Shown here in pieces: positions 1-13,329 of a stretch of DNA of 64,000 nt. Origin of the DNA: Vicugna vicugna (lineage: Eukaryota). The stretch lies in the NCBI GenBank assembly GCA_013265495.1, contig MU058423.1, forward strand, positions 1,005,061 through 1,069,060, in the 5' to 3' direction. The notes beneath the pieces were generated by a model. The model saw only the letters and a list, made by a program, of their open reading frames with translations, was not told the DNA's origin and did no database searches. The translations under genes and the position numbers were made by a program. Position 1 is the stretch's first letter, and each line of letters starts with the position of its first letter.

Positions 1-237
1 GTGTCCATCAACAAAGGAATGGATAAAGAAGTTGTAATACAGGGGCAGAGGACTAAGAGATTCAAACTATTAGGTATAAAATAATCTACAAGAATACATT
101 CTACAACACAGGGAATATAGCCAATATTTTATAATAAATATAAATGGAGAATAACCTTTAAAAATTGTGGATTTTTACTGTACACCTGTAACTTGCATAA
201 TATTATACAGTAACTATTACTTCAATTAAAAATAATA
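1..237 (+). mobile_element. L1 3' end (end of ORF2 plus 3' UTR, internally deleted)
   Basis: gtgtccatcaacaaaggaatggataaagaag; acagggaatatagccaatattttataata; tacacctgtaact; A-rich tail. Confidence 0.8.
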
Positions 238-965
238 ATCCTAAACTTACAAGGCTAAATTAATTGTTGGGGGGGGTGACCCACCAAAGCTAAAAAAGTG
301 ATTCATTTATATTTTCTTTTTCATCCATCCTCCCTACTCACTGCCTTCAAACCATTCAACTCTATTATTTTATTTCTAAGAAGGTTGAAAACACAGAATT
401 TATGAACAAATGGTAATTTCTGTTTCACAACTCAAAGCCCTTCAATAACTTAATATGCATAAGGCACAAACAGAATCTCATTAGTTTCCTAGCCTCAATG
501 CATAAGCTATAAAATGAAAAGTAACAAAAGGACAGACTAACACAGTAAATTAATCAAAACGACATGTTTCTTCATGCTAGCAAGTTTGGGTTTCTGGTAT
601 TACACAAAATGGTAACTGGTTTTGTGGTATGTCCTCAAGGATTTCTTTGGCAAACAGTGCCTACCTCACAGCAGCAGCTGGTTCAGTGATGAGGGCAAGT
701 TCGAACTATAGTTATTTGGTTAAATATAAAGTCCTCAGCCTAGGTTCTTCCTCATCTCTCTGAACTACAGAAAAATCTAAAGGGAACACAGAATAATTTC
801 TCAATCTGTCATTCCTTAATTGGGATGTCCTGATTTCAATTATTATTCCAGCATCAGCAAAGAATAATTAATTCTTGATTACGAGTGATGTGATTTTGAT
901 ACAGTTACATACTACTTTCAGAACACAGCACAAATGGTGTGAACAGGAATTTTTTTTAAAGTTTT

Positions 966-1020
966 AAATATATATATATTTTCTGATATAAATATATATA
1001 TATATTCTCTGATATAAATA
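966..1020. repeat. Short tandem duplication of an (AT)n-containing unit of about 27 bp
   Basis: atatatatatatt(t/c)tctgatataaa occurs twice in tandem. Confidence 0.75.
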
Positions 1021-3171
1021 GTAGAGAATTAGAGGGCAGTTTAGTTAAGCAGTATGTCCCTGCATGATTTCAAATTTGAGTCCAAGAGTCGAATCGTATA
1101 AAAGTATGCTTTCTCTATCTTCACACACTCAGACATCACACACATATTTTTAAAGCATTAGCTGTCTGAGGAACTATTAACTACCCCAAAAACTCTGCAG
1201 CTGGATTATCAGGCTATAAAGAGAGAAATGTGATAAGAAACAAATTATTACACTCTCAAGAATTTCTAGCATAAAGTTAGTATGTTTTCCAAAAGAGTCA
1301 AGATCTTTAAGTAGCTAGAGTATTTCATTTTATTGTATTTTTTCTATTTTTGTTTTTATAAACTTTTATGTCAAGAGTTGACTTTAACAAGGCTATTGTG
1401 AATAAGTAGCTCTGCTGCACTGGAAACTGAAATCCAGTGGGAGTTTTAGTAGCATGTAAGTTCCCACAAATACGTAATGCTTAACAATATGTAAATTCAT
1501 TAAATACATAAAGGTAAGGAACACCTTCTGTCCATTGTATTCACTGGGCCCTGGCCCAACCCAGCGCCAGCTGAGCCCTATGAACTTGGTAGGTGGGCAC
1601 TAGTGAGGGTGACAACAAGGACAGGAAGGAACTAGATCTCTAACAACCATTCTGAAGATGGTGACCTTGCACTACTGTTCCCCTGGCCAACTCATTCATT
1701 AATACTAATGTGTTTTACCTCAAAGTTAACTCTCTCTTTTTTTTGGGGGGTGGGGTGGGTGGGTGGTAAGACTGTACCAAAAATTAAAATTTTACGATTA
1801 GTTATGTTTTTCAAAACAACATCTATGAAACTGTCCACCAAAAAGAAAGTTGAAACTAGAAGCATTTCATATTTCCTTTTATTTACTTGGCAGTGAATAA
1901 GAAATAAGTACTCTTGAGGATCTCAGCAGGACTTGTTCCCTATTAGGATGCACACTTTTTTAGAGAAGCAATAGTATCTGTCCAGGTAACTGTTACCCTG
2001 GTGCCTAACCAAGGGTGAGGCATATGAGGATACAACAAATACTTGCTGAATAAGTAAGTTATGGATTTCTTATATTCATGTATTTATTAAAATTAGTTTT
2101 ACCTAAAAAGCAAACTGCTATTTCTGATTATTTGTAAAACAGAGGATTTGAAGCAAGCTTAAATTTTTTTCCTGTCGCATGTTTAAAGTAATTTGGTCAT
2201 TTAGAAAGTCAGATAATAGTCTACAACCATATTAGTCAAGGAAAAGTGATCCACAGAACCAAAGACCAGAGAGGAACAGCAAGCAAAAACACACAGGATT
2301 CCAATAACCTAACCCACTCTTAACTCTCACTTATGCTGCAAGTGTGCTGAACTCTGACTGATTACCTGTGATGCTACAAATGGCAAATGAAGACTTCTGC
2401 ACTATCGGGAAAGGAAAGAAACCTACTGTTCAGTTAAAATTAACAAAAGCAAAGGGAACTTCTTAAGTTTTTGCTTGGATGTGGTGGTAGCAGTTGGGGA
2501 TTACACTAATCTTTTAGGGATCCAGTAAACTACTGGCCCTTTACACCCAGGCAGGCAAACTTACTTGTTAAGCATTCCTATCCCCAGCTGTGTTCTCAAG
2601 ATAGTGGAGTGCTTAAGTCATGGACAAAAAAAAGCCTTGTGCAGCTGCTGTATCAGACCTAAAAGACTGAGTGAATTTCAGTTCCATATCCATCCACACT
2701 CACACAGATTTCTCCCTCTGAGTCATACACCAAAGGGAAGCAGGACTAAAAACACCAAATTCTGTGATATCTTTCATTACAATAACTACTTTGATTTTGG
2801 TATTTTTCTACTTGACTTTACAACCCATTCACACATATCTGCATAGGTAACTGTTATAATACAAGGGTGATGTGATAATTTTCACACACCACTTTCTGGC
2901 ATATCATTTAGAGGCTTAGCAGGACTTTAAACATATTCTTTAATTAAAACTTCTTCTTTGCCAGTAAGGTAAATATAAGTGTCCTCATCAGAGCCAGGAA
3001 AGAATTTTATGCAAAAGAAATACAGTTTCTAGGAATTACTTAAGTGTTTTCCATAAACTGATAAAGACTACTTTAAAAAAACACCATTTTTTTTTCTTTT
3101 TTAAAAAAAATTGTTTTTGGCTGTTAACTTAAAAGAAAGGAAACTAAAAAGATACTTATTTGTGCTGCCTA

Positions 3172-3402
<231 letters not shown>

Positions 3403-4552
3403 CTACCCACCACCAACTGAAATGTGCTAGTTAGGACTATAAGCTTCACCAAGTGCTTAAAAAATGGCTTATATATGTGTGTTGGGAGGAAGATGGAGGG
3501 AGGACAGACAGAAAAAAATACAGAAGGGATCCTACAATGCTGATCTGCTAAGTTATTTTAAGAATACAATCCCAAAATTCTCATGTGGGCCAATACTAAT
3601 AGCTGAATTCCAAGTAGAAAAATCTGAAGGAAAAGGAACCTCCTGCAATACAAAGAATGTACTCAATGGTCCCAACTATGGTTTAACTGCCTCACTCTCA
3701 CAGGACCAACAAATGCCAAAAGTAGTGGCAAGACCAACACAGCAATAAGTTCTACCCGTACAATTGCCATCTAGGTATGAAGACCAGCTTAGGTGAGATG
3801 TTCAGGTAGAGTAACAATAAAAATAAAGCCACTAAGCAGCGATGTCTTCATCTGTAACTCAATCTTCTTTAGTTTATTGCATGGGATAAAGAGATTAACA
3901 TTACCAGAATTCAGTGATTTGCATGTAATTTCCTATGAAAAGAGAACTCTTTCAGATGAATTAGTCATGGGAAGAAAGAGAACTATTCATCAGGTTACGG
4001 TTGGTCATGAGTCATATGGTGCAAATCCCTCCCACCTACAATGATCACCCGAAATGAAGGTCCTGAGCAGGTGCACACGTTCCCATTACCAATGAGAGAG
4101 AACACACAAAAACAGAAAGGAAGGTACAGATGAGATTTTATATCCTAATTTATGCAACTTTTGAAAAGAACGCTTTGCCGCTCAAAACTGAGGCACACAT
4201 GTAAAATATACATTTCATCTTTGCCAAAACGCACAATGGTGATGCTATTCATCAAATAAAACAAGAATTCTAAAACAAAAATAAAAAAAAACTTGGTTAA
4301 AATCTTTAACATTTTAATTCAAAGGAGAAAACTCTAAGTAAAAACTATACCAACAGAATGTCAGAAATGGGCACATACCATTATGGTTCTTAATAATGTT
4401 CTGTGAACACTGTCTGACATAACTACCACCTTTCAAAGCCCGACCTGGATCCCACTTCTACCAAGTACTCGGACTCTTCTTCCTCTACTGCACTCATGAC
4501 TCACGTAGGACAGTGTACACTTCACATACATGTCCTCCTCCTTTTCTAATCA

Positions 4553-4867
<315 letters not shown>

Positions 4868-5194
4868 CTATAATTAAAAAATATGCAATTATAAATACGA
4901 CTTCTTGAATGTATATTGAAACAGTTTAAATCAGAATAATCACAAGTGAGCTACTGAAGTTTTTACTACATGTTATCATGACATGAAACATAAGACATGG
5001 TACATGGTTACTAGAAACTCTGGAGTGAATGTTCCTGTTCCCTACTCACATGACTAGAAACGACAATAAACTAGAATTAGAAGGGAAATTTTAGCCACTT
5101 TAATTTACTTATGTGTGATTTATAAAAACACACATATATATAATTCCTTTTTGTATACAGATTTTTAACTAAATTATTTTGGTGCTATAGAAAA

Positions 5195-6240
5195 ATAATC
5201 TCCAAAGTAGTGCTGTTAGAAAAGAGAAGTCCAAGTACTGAACCCTGAGGCCCTCTAACACTAAAAGGTCAGGGAGATGAAGACAGATCAGGAAAGGAAA
5301 CTTAGGAGTAATGAATGACACAGGGAGAAAACCAAGCACGTGTTGTTTCCTGGAAGTCAAATGAATAAAATTTTTACAGAGAAGGATAGTGATCAACTGA
5401 GTCAAAGGCTGCTGAAAAGTCAAGGGAGTTAAGGTTATATGCAGAGGACTGATTATGAATGACAGACCATGGATTTGAAGCTATGCAAACAGGGGGTTGA
5501 GGATATGAGTAAGAATCGAAGGTGTTAGGATAAATGGGCTGCAAGTTCCAGTGAAGCTGAAGGGTATGAAAGGAGGTCAGATGGAAAATCAAGAGGTGGT
5601 GAGTGAAGCATGGGACACTTGAAAATGAGATTAGGATGGCATCAGGTTATTGGTAATCACACAGTCTAGGGTAAGACCATGGGCATGAACGGCTAAAGCA
5701 GGATGGAGGTCAGGAACTGATACAGGCCAAGCTACTGGATCATCTATGACACCTGAAAAATTCTATTTGGATACTAAAATCACCAAAAATTCTTACTAAA
5801 GCAGAGTTGGAGAGAGTAAGCAAAAATCTTCAAGGAGTAAGGAGTGACCTAGAACAAGATTAATGAGCATCACGTGCTTTCAAAACTTCACGCAAGGCAC
5901 TGGGGACAGGTAAGTAAACAGCAAGTAATAACAGTGTGCTGAGTGCTAGGATGGGAGAAATTTGAGAGGACAAAGGAAAGATCTCTGCGGTGCGGGAAAA
6001 CACCCTTCATTTGTACAAGAGCAAGAAGAAAGAATGCCCTTACGCTTGTGGAGGCAGTGAAAGCAAGAAGTAGAAAGTATTTTTTTTTTAACTGCTGGAG
6101 TCTCTGGGAACAAAGGAGAATTATTACTATTTCAGAAGCTAGGAAAATTGGGGGTAGGAGGAGTGGCAGGAGTGGGAGGCCTCTTGATTCAACTGATAAA
6201 AAAAAGGTGTCGTTCCAGTGATCCAAAGCTTACTGTTGGA
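5195..6240 (-). mobile_element. LINE-2 fragment
   Basis: L2-type motifs ccaagtactgaaccctgagg, gtgatcaactgagtcaaaggctgctga; purine-rich + strand. Confidence 0.7.
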
Positions 6241-6599
6241 CTCGAGATCCATTTTGCCACAAAAGAATGGAAATGTGTGGTATAATTAGTACTCTAAATT
6301 GCTCCAGTCTGCTTTTTTCTTTTTGACCTAAAACTTTCTCACCGTTTATAAAATTATAGTGGGGATATTTTTGCTGAATTTTAAAAAACTTAAAAACACT
6401 GAAGAATACCACCCATTTTAAAGCTGAGAATTACCTAAAAGGTAAAGCCTATGCATATGAAGGGGGAAAAATCACTTAATGTGTGCACTTTTTGTGGCAG
6501 AATAAAATCATCATTAATTTATAACAAAATTTAAAAGGTGATGACAAATGAAGACAATGAAAGTAAAAGCAAATACATAGACTTCATACTACATAAAAG

Positions 6600-6706
6600 G
6601 CATTTTGTGCCAAGTGATTTATAATCACTTTCTCATTTGATCTTTATAAGCACCCTGAAGTATGAATGTCATACTCATTTAAGAATGTGAAAAATGAGGC
6701 TCAGAA
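6600..6706 (-). mobile_element. MIR fragment
   Basis: tgtgccaagtg...ctcatttgatc...gaaaaatgaggctcagaa. Confidence 0.6.
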
Positions 6707-7099
6707 TAATCCTAAAGAAAACACTGTCACCAGCCTCTTGAGATGTTAAAATATTAATAAAAAGCAAAACCAATTTCTATAAAAATGAATGACCATGGTG
6801 TCAAGACACAGTCGTATTTAAACACAGAGAAATACCTCTCTAACTAAAATACTGGATGTAAAATACCTTTTTAAGCTGTTAATAGCATAATCCTTACCTC
6901 AATACAAGGAAAAGAAACTGCACAGATTCTGCAGGTGAACACAACATACAATTGAACAGTGATACGTGGGCATTAAATACATTATAGATCATTTTATGAA
7001 CATAAGAAAATTTAAGAAGCCCTACATTTAGAGACTTAGTTCTTAATCAGAACAAATGCTTCTATCAGAGGAAACATTCAGGTGAAAAAAACCTGTTCA

Positions 7100-7258
<159 letters not shown>

Positions 7259-8569
7259 TCAGTCTGTTTTCCTCCCACCTCTTCACTCAAAGTGTCTATT
7301 AACAGCTACAAAACCATGTTCTCCAGCAGTGTGCTGTACTGGTGGAGACTTGACTTGGTATTACAATAAAGAACAGGAGGTCTCAAACGTATTCTATTAA
7401 TATACAGAAGACAGGGCTGTTAATGCTGCATTTAGATATTTTCTGACCACTATGAATTCTGAGTAATGATTTTTGTTATTATTAGAAGGCAATGGTCGTG
7501 ATCTGCGATTCAAGAAAAACTGCAACAAGCAGGTATAGTTCTAACAGGAAAAAAATATATAAAGTATGTATATTTATAGTATCTACAAAACAAAGCACAA
7601 CAGTATTAAGTAGCCCAAAACAGAGTCAAGATTTGGGGATAAAGAAAATTCTGCCAACTTACCACGTCCAAGTTGTTAAAGTTTTACTATAATATTCCCC
7701 AAATTTAATACAGAGGACAATTTAATTTAAGAGATAAAGGGAACACAGAACACTGAACTCATACAGTTTAAGACTAAGAAAAAGGTACTTCTTTGGAAAA
7801 GCTGTGTGCATAAAGTGAAATTTTATATACCGCATTCTATTTCCCCAGTGTTTTATAGAATAAGAGAAAGTTGGCCTAAAGAAAGTATCAACTATTCAGT
7901 GTGTGGAAAAATTTTAATAAAGAAGGGATTAAGAAAAGTGTTAAATCTTTAGCATTCTCGGTACAGATCTCCATTTGTAGTTACAGCTTTAAGCAGCAAC
8001 TTATTTGGGGGAAATTTCAGTAATGCAACGCTGTCTTCTAAAAACAAACATATTAACCAACGTAAGGACTATTTTAAACTCCACTTCTGTGTCAGATAAG
8101 GGGCTGATGAGGAGCACAAATTCCGAGTGCCACGACTTACGGGACTAGCGTGACAATAAACTGCACAATCTGTAAATGGGCATGTTCGATGAATGATGAA
8201 TTAGGTCTGTGGTTTCTCAATGTATCACGATTTTATTTCCAATTTACAGACAGTGAAACTGCTCTGTCGGTAGGCTTACTGAACTTAATTCAGCCAAAGT
8301 TATAGCACTGTTTAAGGTAAATTCTAAAACATCCAACAAAGCAATCCTTTCCCATTTGTTGAAAGGTAGGTTTAAGCTTTTTCTTGTTGTTGGTATACTG
8401 TTGGCTACGAGTCTTTCTTACAACACTAGCTCCTCTCCCAACCCCTCTACCTCATAACACACTTGGGAAATGAAATCATGCAAATTCTCCACAATTCCAG
8501 CAAGTCTTATAATTAAATAAAACAGTATTTTTTGTCAAAAACGACTATTTAAATCTTTTGTCCTTTTAA

Positions 8570-8830
8570 ATAAGCTTTACTTTTTAAAAAGCAGTTTTAG
8601 GTTCACAGCAAAACTGAGCAGAAAGCAGAGGTCCCATATACTCTTTTCCTGCTCCCTGCCAGCCTCCCCACTATCAGCATCCCAGAAGAGTGGTACATTT
8701 GTTAGAATCAATGAACCTACGTCAACACATCATTATCATGCAAAGTCCACAGTCTGCAGTTTTATTCTTGGTGTTGTACATTCTTTGGGTTGGGTGGGAC
8801 AAATGTATGTATCCACCATTATAGTAGCAT
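8570..8830 (-). mobile_element. Old L1 3' UTR (L1MC/L1MD-like)
   Basis: agcagttttaggttcacagcaaaactgagcagaaag...gtggtacatttgttagaatcaatgaacctac. Confidence 0.75.
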
Positions 8831-9260
8831 ACGGGCTCCAATTATCTAATTTTTTATAGTCTAAAGGTGAAATATCTTTAAAGTTACTACATAACTAAAC
8901 AAAAATAACTTTCAGTCACTGGATAACTTCAAGCATAAAATGATCTTAATTTTAGTTCACAAAAAGAGTCATCAAAAATATACCTACTATTTATATGCAA
9001 TTTTTTTCACATTAAAAAAATTCTCTACCAGGAAAATGCACACATTAGAGAACAAATTACTAATCAGTAACAGAACATGGAGCTCTCTAGAGCAAAGCAA
9101 TATTCTGTGAAAAAATTTTGCCTTGATGAAACTTTTAAAAACAGATACAGAATTGCTGTACCATTTCTCAAAACTATTTTCAAAAAAGCAATTCCATAGA
9201 CCAAATTTAAAGTCATAAGAAACTACTTGTAAGCATGTGTATACAAGTTTCACATTTTAC

Positions 9261-9329
9261 CTTTCTGTAGGAATCTTCTATCGTTGGGTCGTATTTTTCA
9301 ACAAAAATTCCCTGAACAAATTGAACTGT
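9261..9329 (-). CDS. RAP1A: RAP1A coding exon: [23 protein letters not shown] (aa 20-42, switch I/effector loop)
   Basis: tttttctctag|ACA GTT...AGA AAG|gtaaaa; 69 nt, phase 0-0. Confidence 0.98.
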
Positions 9330-11028
9330 CTAGAGAAAAAAAAAAAGCAGACAAAAGTTAAGGACTTAAAAGAAAAATCAGCCTCTTTTAAAGTTACTTA
9401 ACCTCACAAAGTGCTAAAGATATAATGAAATTATGTGAAAACTATGGGTAAACATACAACTGTAAAGTAACATTTTTTAATATAAGGATACATTCATAAA
9501 AGAGTACACTTACGAAAGAAGACAGTCACATTAAAAACTGTCAGCAATGCTGCTGCTGACATTATACTGCTAAAAAAACTACTATATTGTTTCAAAATGC
9601 AAATAAGGACATGGATTCTATTTATTAAAATGTGAAAATTTATCAAACTCCCATTATTCCTTTATTTATCAACAGCAATTTTTATCTCATGCTCTCAAAG
9701 GAGACATAGGTTCTAAATTTTAAAAAGTCTTGAAAGTTTTTTTAATCATGGGGGAAAGAGAAGAGACAATTAAAATTTCTGGAACTTATTAAATGTATAA
9801 TCACATTAAATTTCATATTCACTCCAGAAGTAGTTATTTTTCCAATTTGCCAGGTGAGATTCAAACATATGCCTTCCTGATTCTAAAGCCTTTTTACTCT
9901 TTTCATTGGAAAACACTGCCTACTCACCCTTTTCAGATTTTCTACTTTTATCTCTAAGATTTTTGTAAGCAAAGACTAGAAACTAGGTATTTTATCATTC
10001 AGTAAATAAAAAAGAAGTACAGAAGATGGTTGTGAAATATTTCCTGCACAGTTTTAAAACAAGGTCTGGTACATCACTGCCTAAAAGCAAGGGTTAAGAA
10101 TGTGGACTGAGGAAATCCACACTTCAGTTAGCCAGAGGAATATTTTATGCACTATTTTAGTTTGAGCTAAATAGATTAACTTGAATATAGTCAACTTCTT
10201 CAACTGTCTATAATGGTGGTTCCATTTCCTCAGCTCTCATTTACTCTTCAGCCCACCCCAGGGTGGTTATCGCCTCATCACCTTACTGAAGCTACTTCTG
10301 TAACATGCAGCTACCTCTGTGTTCCCAGAGTATCTCTTTCCTCTTGACTTCTGAGCAGTCAAGCAAAGGTACATTCTTGAAATACCTGGTATGTTCTTCT
10401 ATTCTGGATCCTCCAATCCTATCTACTCTTTAAAAGTTGAGAGGTACTGAGAGCCCAGTCCTGAGTTCTTCTCTTCTCTCTCTAGTCTCTCCCTAGACAA
10501 CCTTGTTAATTCCTATGGAGTTTTAACTATTTTATTTATTTTAAAAAGGTAATTAATGGACACAGGACAAAATGCAAAAGACACGAAAGAGTATGTAGTC
10601 ATAACTAACCCTACCTACCACCTTTTCCAATTCCACTCCTTGAAGGAAGTAACTGATATGCTATCTGTAGCTTATTGAACCTTGCAGAAATAGTCTTTGC
10701 TTTTTTAAAATTTTATCTCCCTCCACCCCTGCCACCACCCTTCCTTTCTTATAACACATACCTGGTAGTTTACACTACTTGGTTGCATTTTTCCCCTAAG
10801 TAATATCCAGGATATCATTACATTATCAGTGTACGTAGAGCTGCTGCATTCTTTTGAATGATCTATAATATTCTACTCAAAATATGTATTAAAAACTTAC
10901 TTAGCCCCTACTGGTAGGCATTTAGGTTGTTTCCAAACTCTTGCCACTATAAAGACTGTTGTAATGGATATCCTTGATCATGTCATTTTGTATATGTGAA
11001 CTTATATGTGGGACACATTTCCAGAAAG

Positions 11029-11070
11029 GGACTTGCTGAATTGGACTTGCTGAATTGGACTTGCTGTATT
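11029..11070. repeat. 3 x 14-bp tandem repeat ggacttgctg(a/t)att
   Basis: Copies at 11029-11042, 11043-11056 and 11057-11070 (one mismatch). Confidence 0.9.
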
Positions 11071-11087
11071 TAAAATAACAGATGCTC

Positions 11088-11238
11088 AGGGCGGGGAGAG
11101 GGTAGAGCTCAGTGGTGGAGTGCCTGCTTAGCATGCATGAGGCTCAATCCCCAGTACCTCCATTAAAAAAAATAGGTAAAAAAGTAAAAATCAATTCCCC
11201 TCCTCCAAATAAATAAATGTATATTTAACAACAAAACA
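11088..11238 (+). mobile_element. tRNA-derived SINE, camelid Vic-1-like
   Basis: ggggagagggtagagctcagtggtggagtgcctgcttagcatgcatgaggctcaatccccagtacctcc plus A-rich tail. TSD taaaataacagatg(c/t)tc at 11071-11087 and 11240-11256. Confidence 0.85.
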
Positions 11239-12564
11239 TTAAAATAACAGATGTTCGCATTTACCACAGAGGTATTAATTTATATTCCTAACAGTAATGT
11301 GATTCTCATGAAATAAATACTGTAGAAAAGTCTTGGCAACCCAAACCATATTTCAAGTCTCTTTTTGAAGCTATTATCTTGAGGATCTGATTGTTTATTT
11401 AGTATATTTATTTGAACACCTCACAAGCACGTCAAATTTGACGACTCTTGATTTGCACTCTCAAATCTGCTCATTGTCCAGTGTCTCTCTTCTATTTAAA
11501 TGGTCCATTAGGAGCTCAACTAGAAACCTGGGCATGACCCTCAACAGCTCTTCTAGTCCCCACCTCAATCCAGCACTAAGCTATTGTCAGGTCTACTTCC
11601 TATTTAACTCTCAAGACATCTGCCTTTCTCTTCTTCACTAATACAAGCTTCCACAAACAATAATCTGGTATACTGCATTCACTCGCAACTTGTCTCCCAC
11701 ATCTTCTCTGCCTGTCTTCTAAATTACTCTACATAGAACAAAGTGCTCTCTTTAAAATATGTATCAATTCTGTCACCACCTCACCCCCCAAAACCCTACC
11801 TTCAAGAGCTTCTCACTGCTATAAGGAATAAGTTACAAGTTCTCACATGGTCTTCGAGTCATGATCTGGCCCCGGCCTACCTCTCATCTACCTCACTTCC
11901 CTCCTTTCCTCCCTGTTCAGTCCTATCCCAGCAACTGTGACCTTTCTCAGCTGTTCAAATGCTGATTTAGGTTCTCTTGTCATAGAAGTGTCTTAACAAT
12001 CTATACTCTTCTTTCAAAGTAGCTCTTTGTTTAATTGTGTATTTATTTATTTATTACATTTCCTCCATTATAATGTAAGCTCTGTGAGGGAGACCATGAC
12101 TGCTTTTGTTCACTGTTATAACTCTAGAGTCTGACATTGTAGAAGCTCAGTAAATATTTACTAAATATATATAGCATGTGTACAAAAAATAACCTTCATT
12201 CCACTGGGGTGGGAGTAGGGTAGGATTCACTGCACTGGTACCTGTAATAATCAGTCTCCCCCACCAGAATGTTTCAAGTTCCTTAAAAGTGAGAACAATT
12301 TTATTCCTCTTTGAATCGCAAACACTAGCGGTTGACGTACAGTAGGTAGCCAATAAACATTTGGTAAACAAAAGAGCGAATGAGCCAACATTATAAAACT
12401 ACACATCTGTGGTTACTGAATGAGTCCCTGTCCCCTGTGGGCCAGATACTAGGTATATGAAAAATACTGCCACCTTTCCTCTTTAGTGACTAGAAGCAAA
12501 GCAAGCAAATATCAACAGTCTCCGTGTATTACACTGATTAGTTACAGTTAGGTGGCTAACTTAC

Positions 12565-12621
12565 CAGAGCAGACTTCCCCACGCCTCCTGAACCAAGGAC
12601 CACTAGCTTGTACTCACGCAT
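12565..12621 (-). CDS. RAP1A: RAP1A first coding exon, CDS part: MREYKLVVLGSGGVGKSAL (aa 1-19, P-loop)
   Basis: Minus strand reads ACATC-ATG CGT GAG TAC AAG...GCT CTG|gtaagt. 57 nt; A at Kozak -3. Confidence 0.98.
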
Positions 12622-12648
12622 GATGTGGTCTGTTTAAATACTGACAAT
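12622..12648 (-). other. RAP1A: 5' UTR part (27 nt) of the first coding exon
   Basis: Acceptor tttgttttccag|ATTGTCAGTATTTAAACAGACCACATC-ATG, with AG at 12650-12649. Confidence 0.88.
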
Positions 12649-13329
12649 CTGGAAAACAAAAACAAAAAACAGAAAATTCAAGGATTAATAAACATGCTAA
12701 GAATAGCCTAAAAATGTACAACTATAATACGAAATAATATGAGATTTTGGTTTGTTTCTCTTAAAACTATCAAGAGGAAGACAGAGGCTATACAACAAAA
12801 CCATGTGTATTTTAATACAAGTTTATAGGACTACTGCCAGGCATCTAATTCACTAAAGAGTATCTTTGAGTAGGCATCCATCATTACCCCGTTCATGTTA
12901 CTTGTAAGAGTATCTGATCAGAAAATAAGATGGTTAAAATTAGTAGTTGTCGTACAACTACAATCATGAATCCAACTGTTAAAAAACTATCATTTAAACA
13001 ACTTACATACTTTTTTGAAAAGTTCACTCATAAGCTTTATTTTAATATTATGAAAATGCTATTTTATTTGCTTAAAATATCACATGTAATTCTATACTAT
13101 TTTGTTCTCTATTGTATTATTGGTAAAAAGTTACCTCAAACATTATTAAGATACAAATGGGAGAATGTAGATCAAATTATTAGAACTCTATAGGTAAGTA
13201 CTGGTGGTATATTCCATAAGGTCTAAATTGCTAGAGAGGGGAGAAAAGGAATATAAACTTCATTTTTAATCTTTTTTATCTCCATGGTTATCTTAAAAGG
13301 TAAAAGGGCAGGAAAGAATTTCCAATGGC

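Larger units (their letters stand above)
10235..12170 (+). mobile_element. LINE-2 fragments (about 10235-10525 and 11340-12170) interrupted by an old antisense L1 3' region (about 10530-11300)
   Basis: L2 motifs (tagaaacctgggcatgaccctc; aatgtaagctctgtgaggg; gctcagtaaatattta). Antisense L1 motif ggcatttaggttgtttccaa. Confidence 0.6.

Noticed and set aside
5169..6226. Overlapping ORFs of 72-112 aa
   Set aside because: They lie within a degraded L2. At most they echo ancient ORF2 fragments, with no intact frame.
8193..8282. Box C (ATGATGA) to box D (CTGA) spacing resembling a C/D snoRNA
   Set aside because: It is antisense to the host gene, has no convincing terminal stem or recognisable guide, and overlaps MIR-like sequence.
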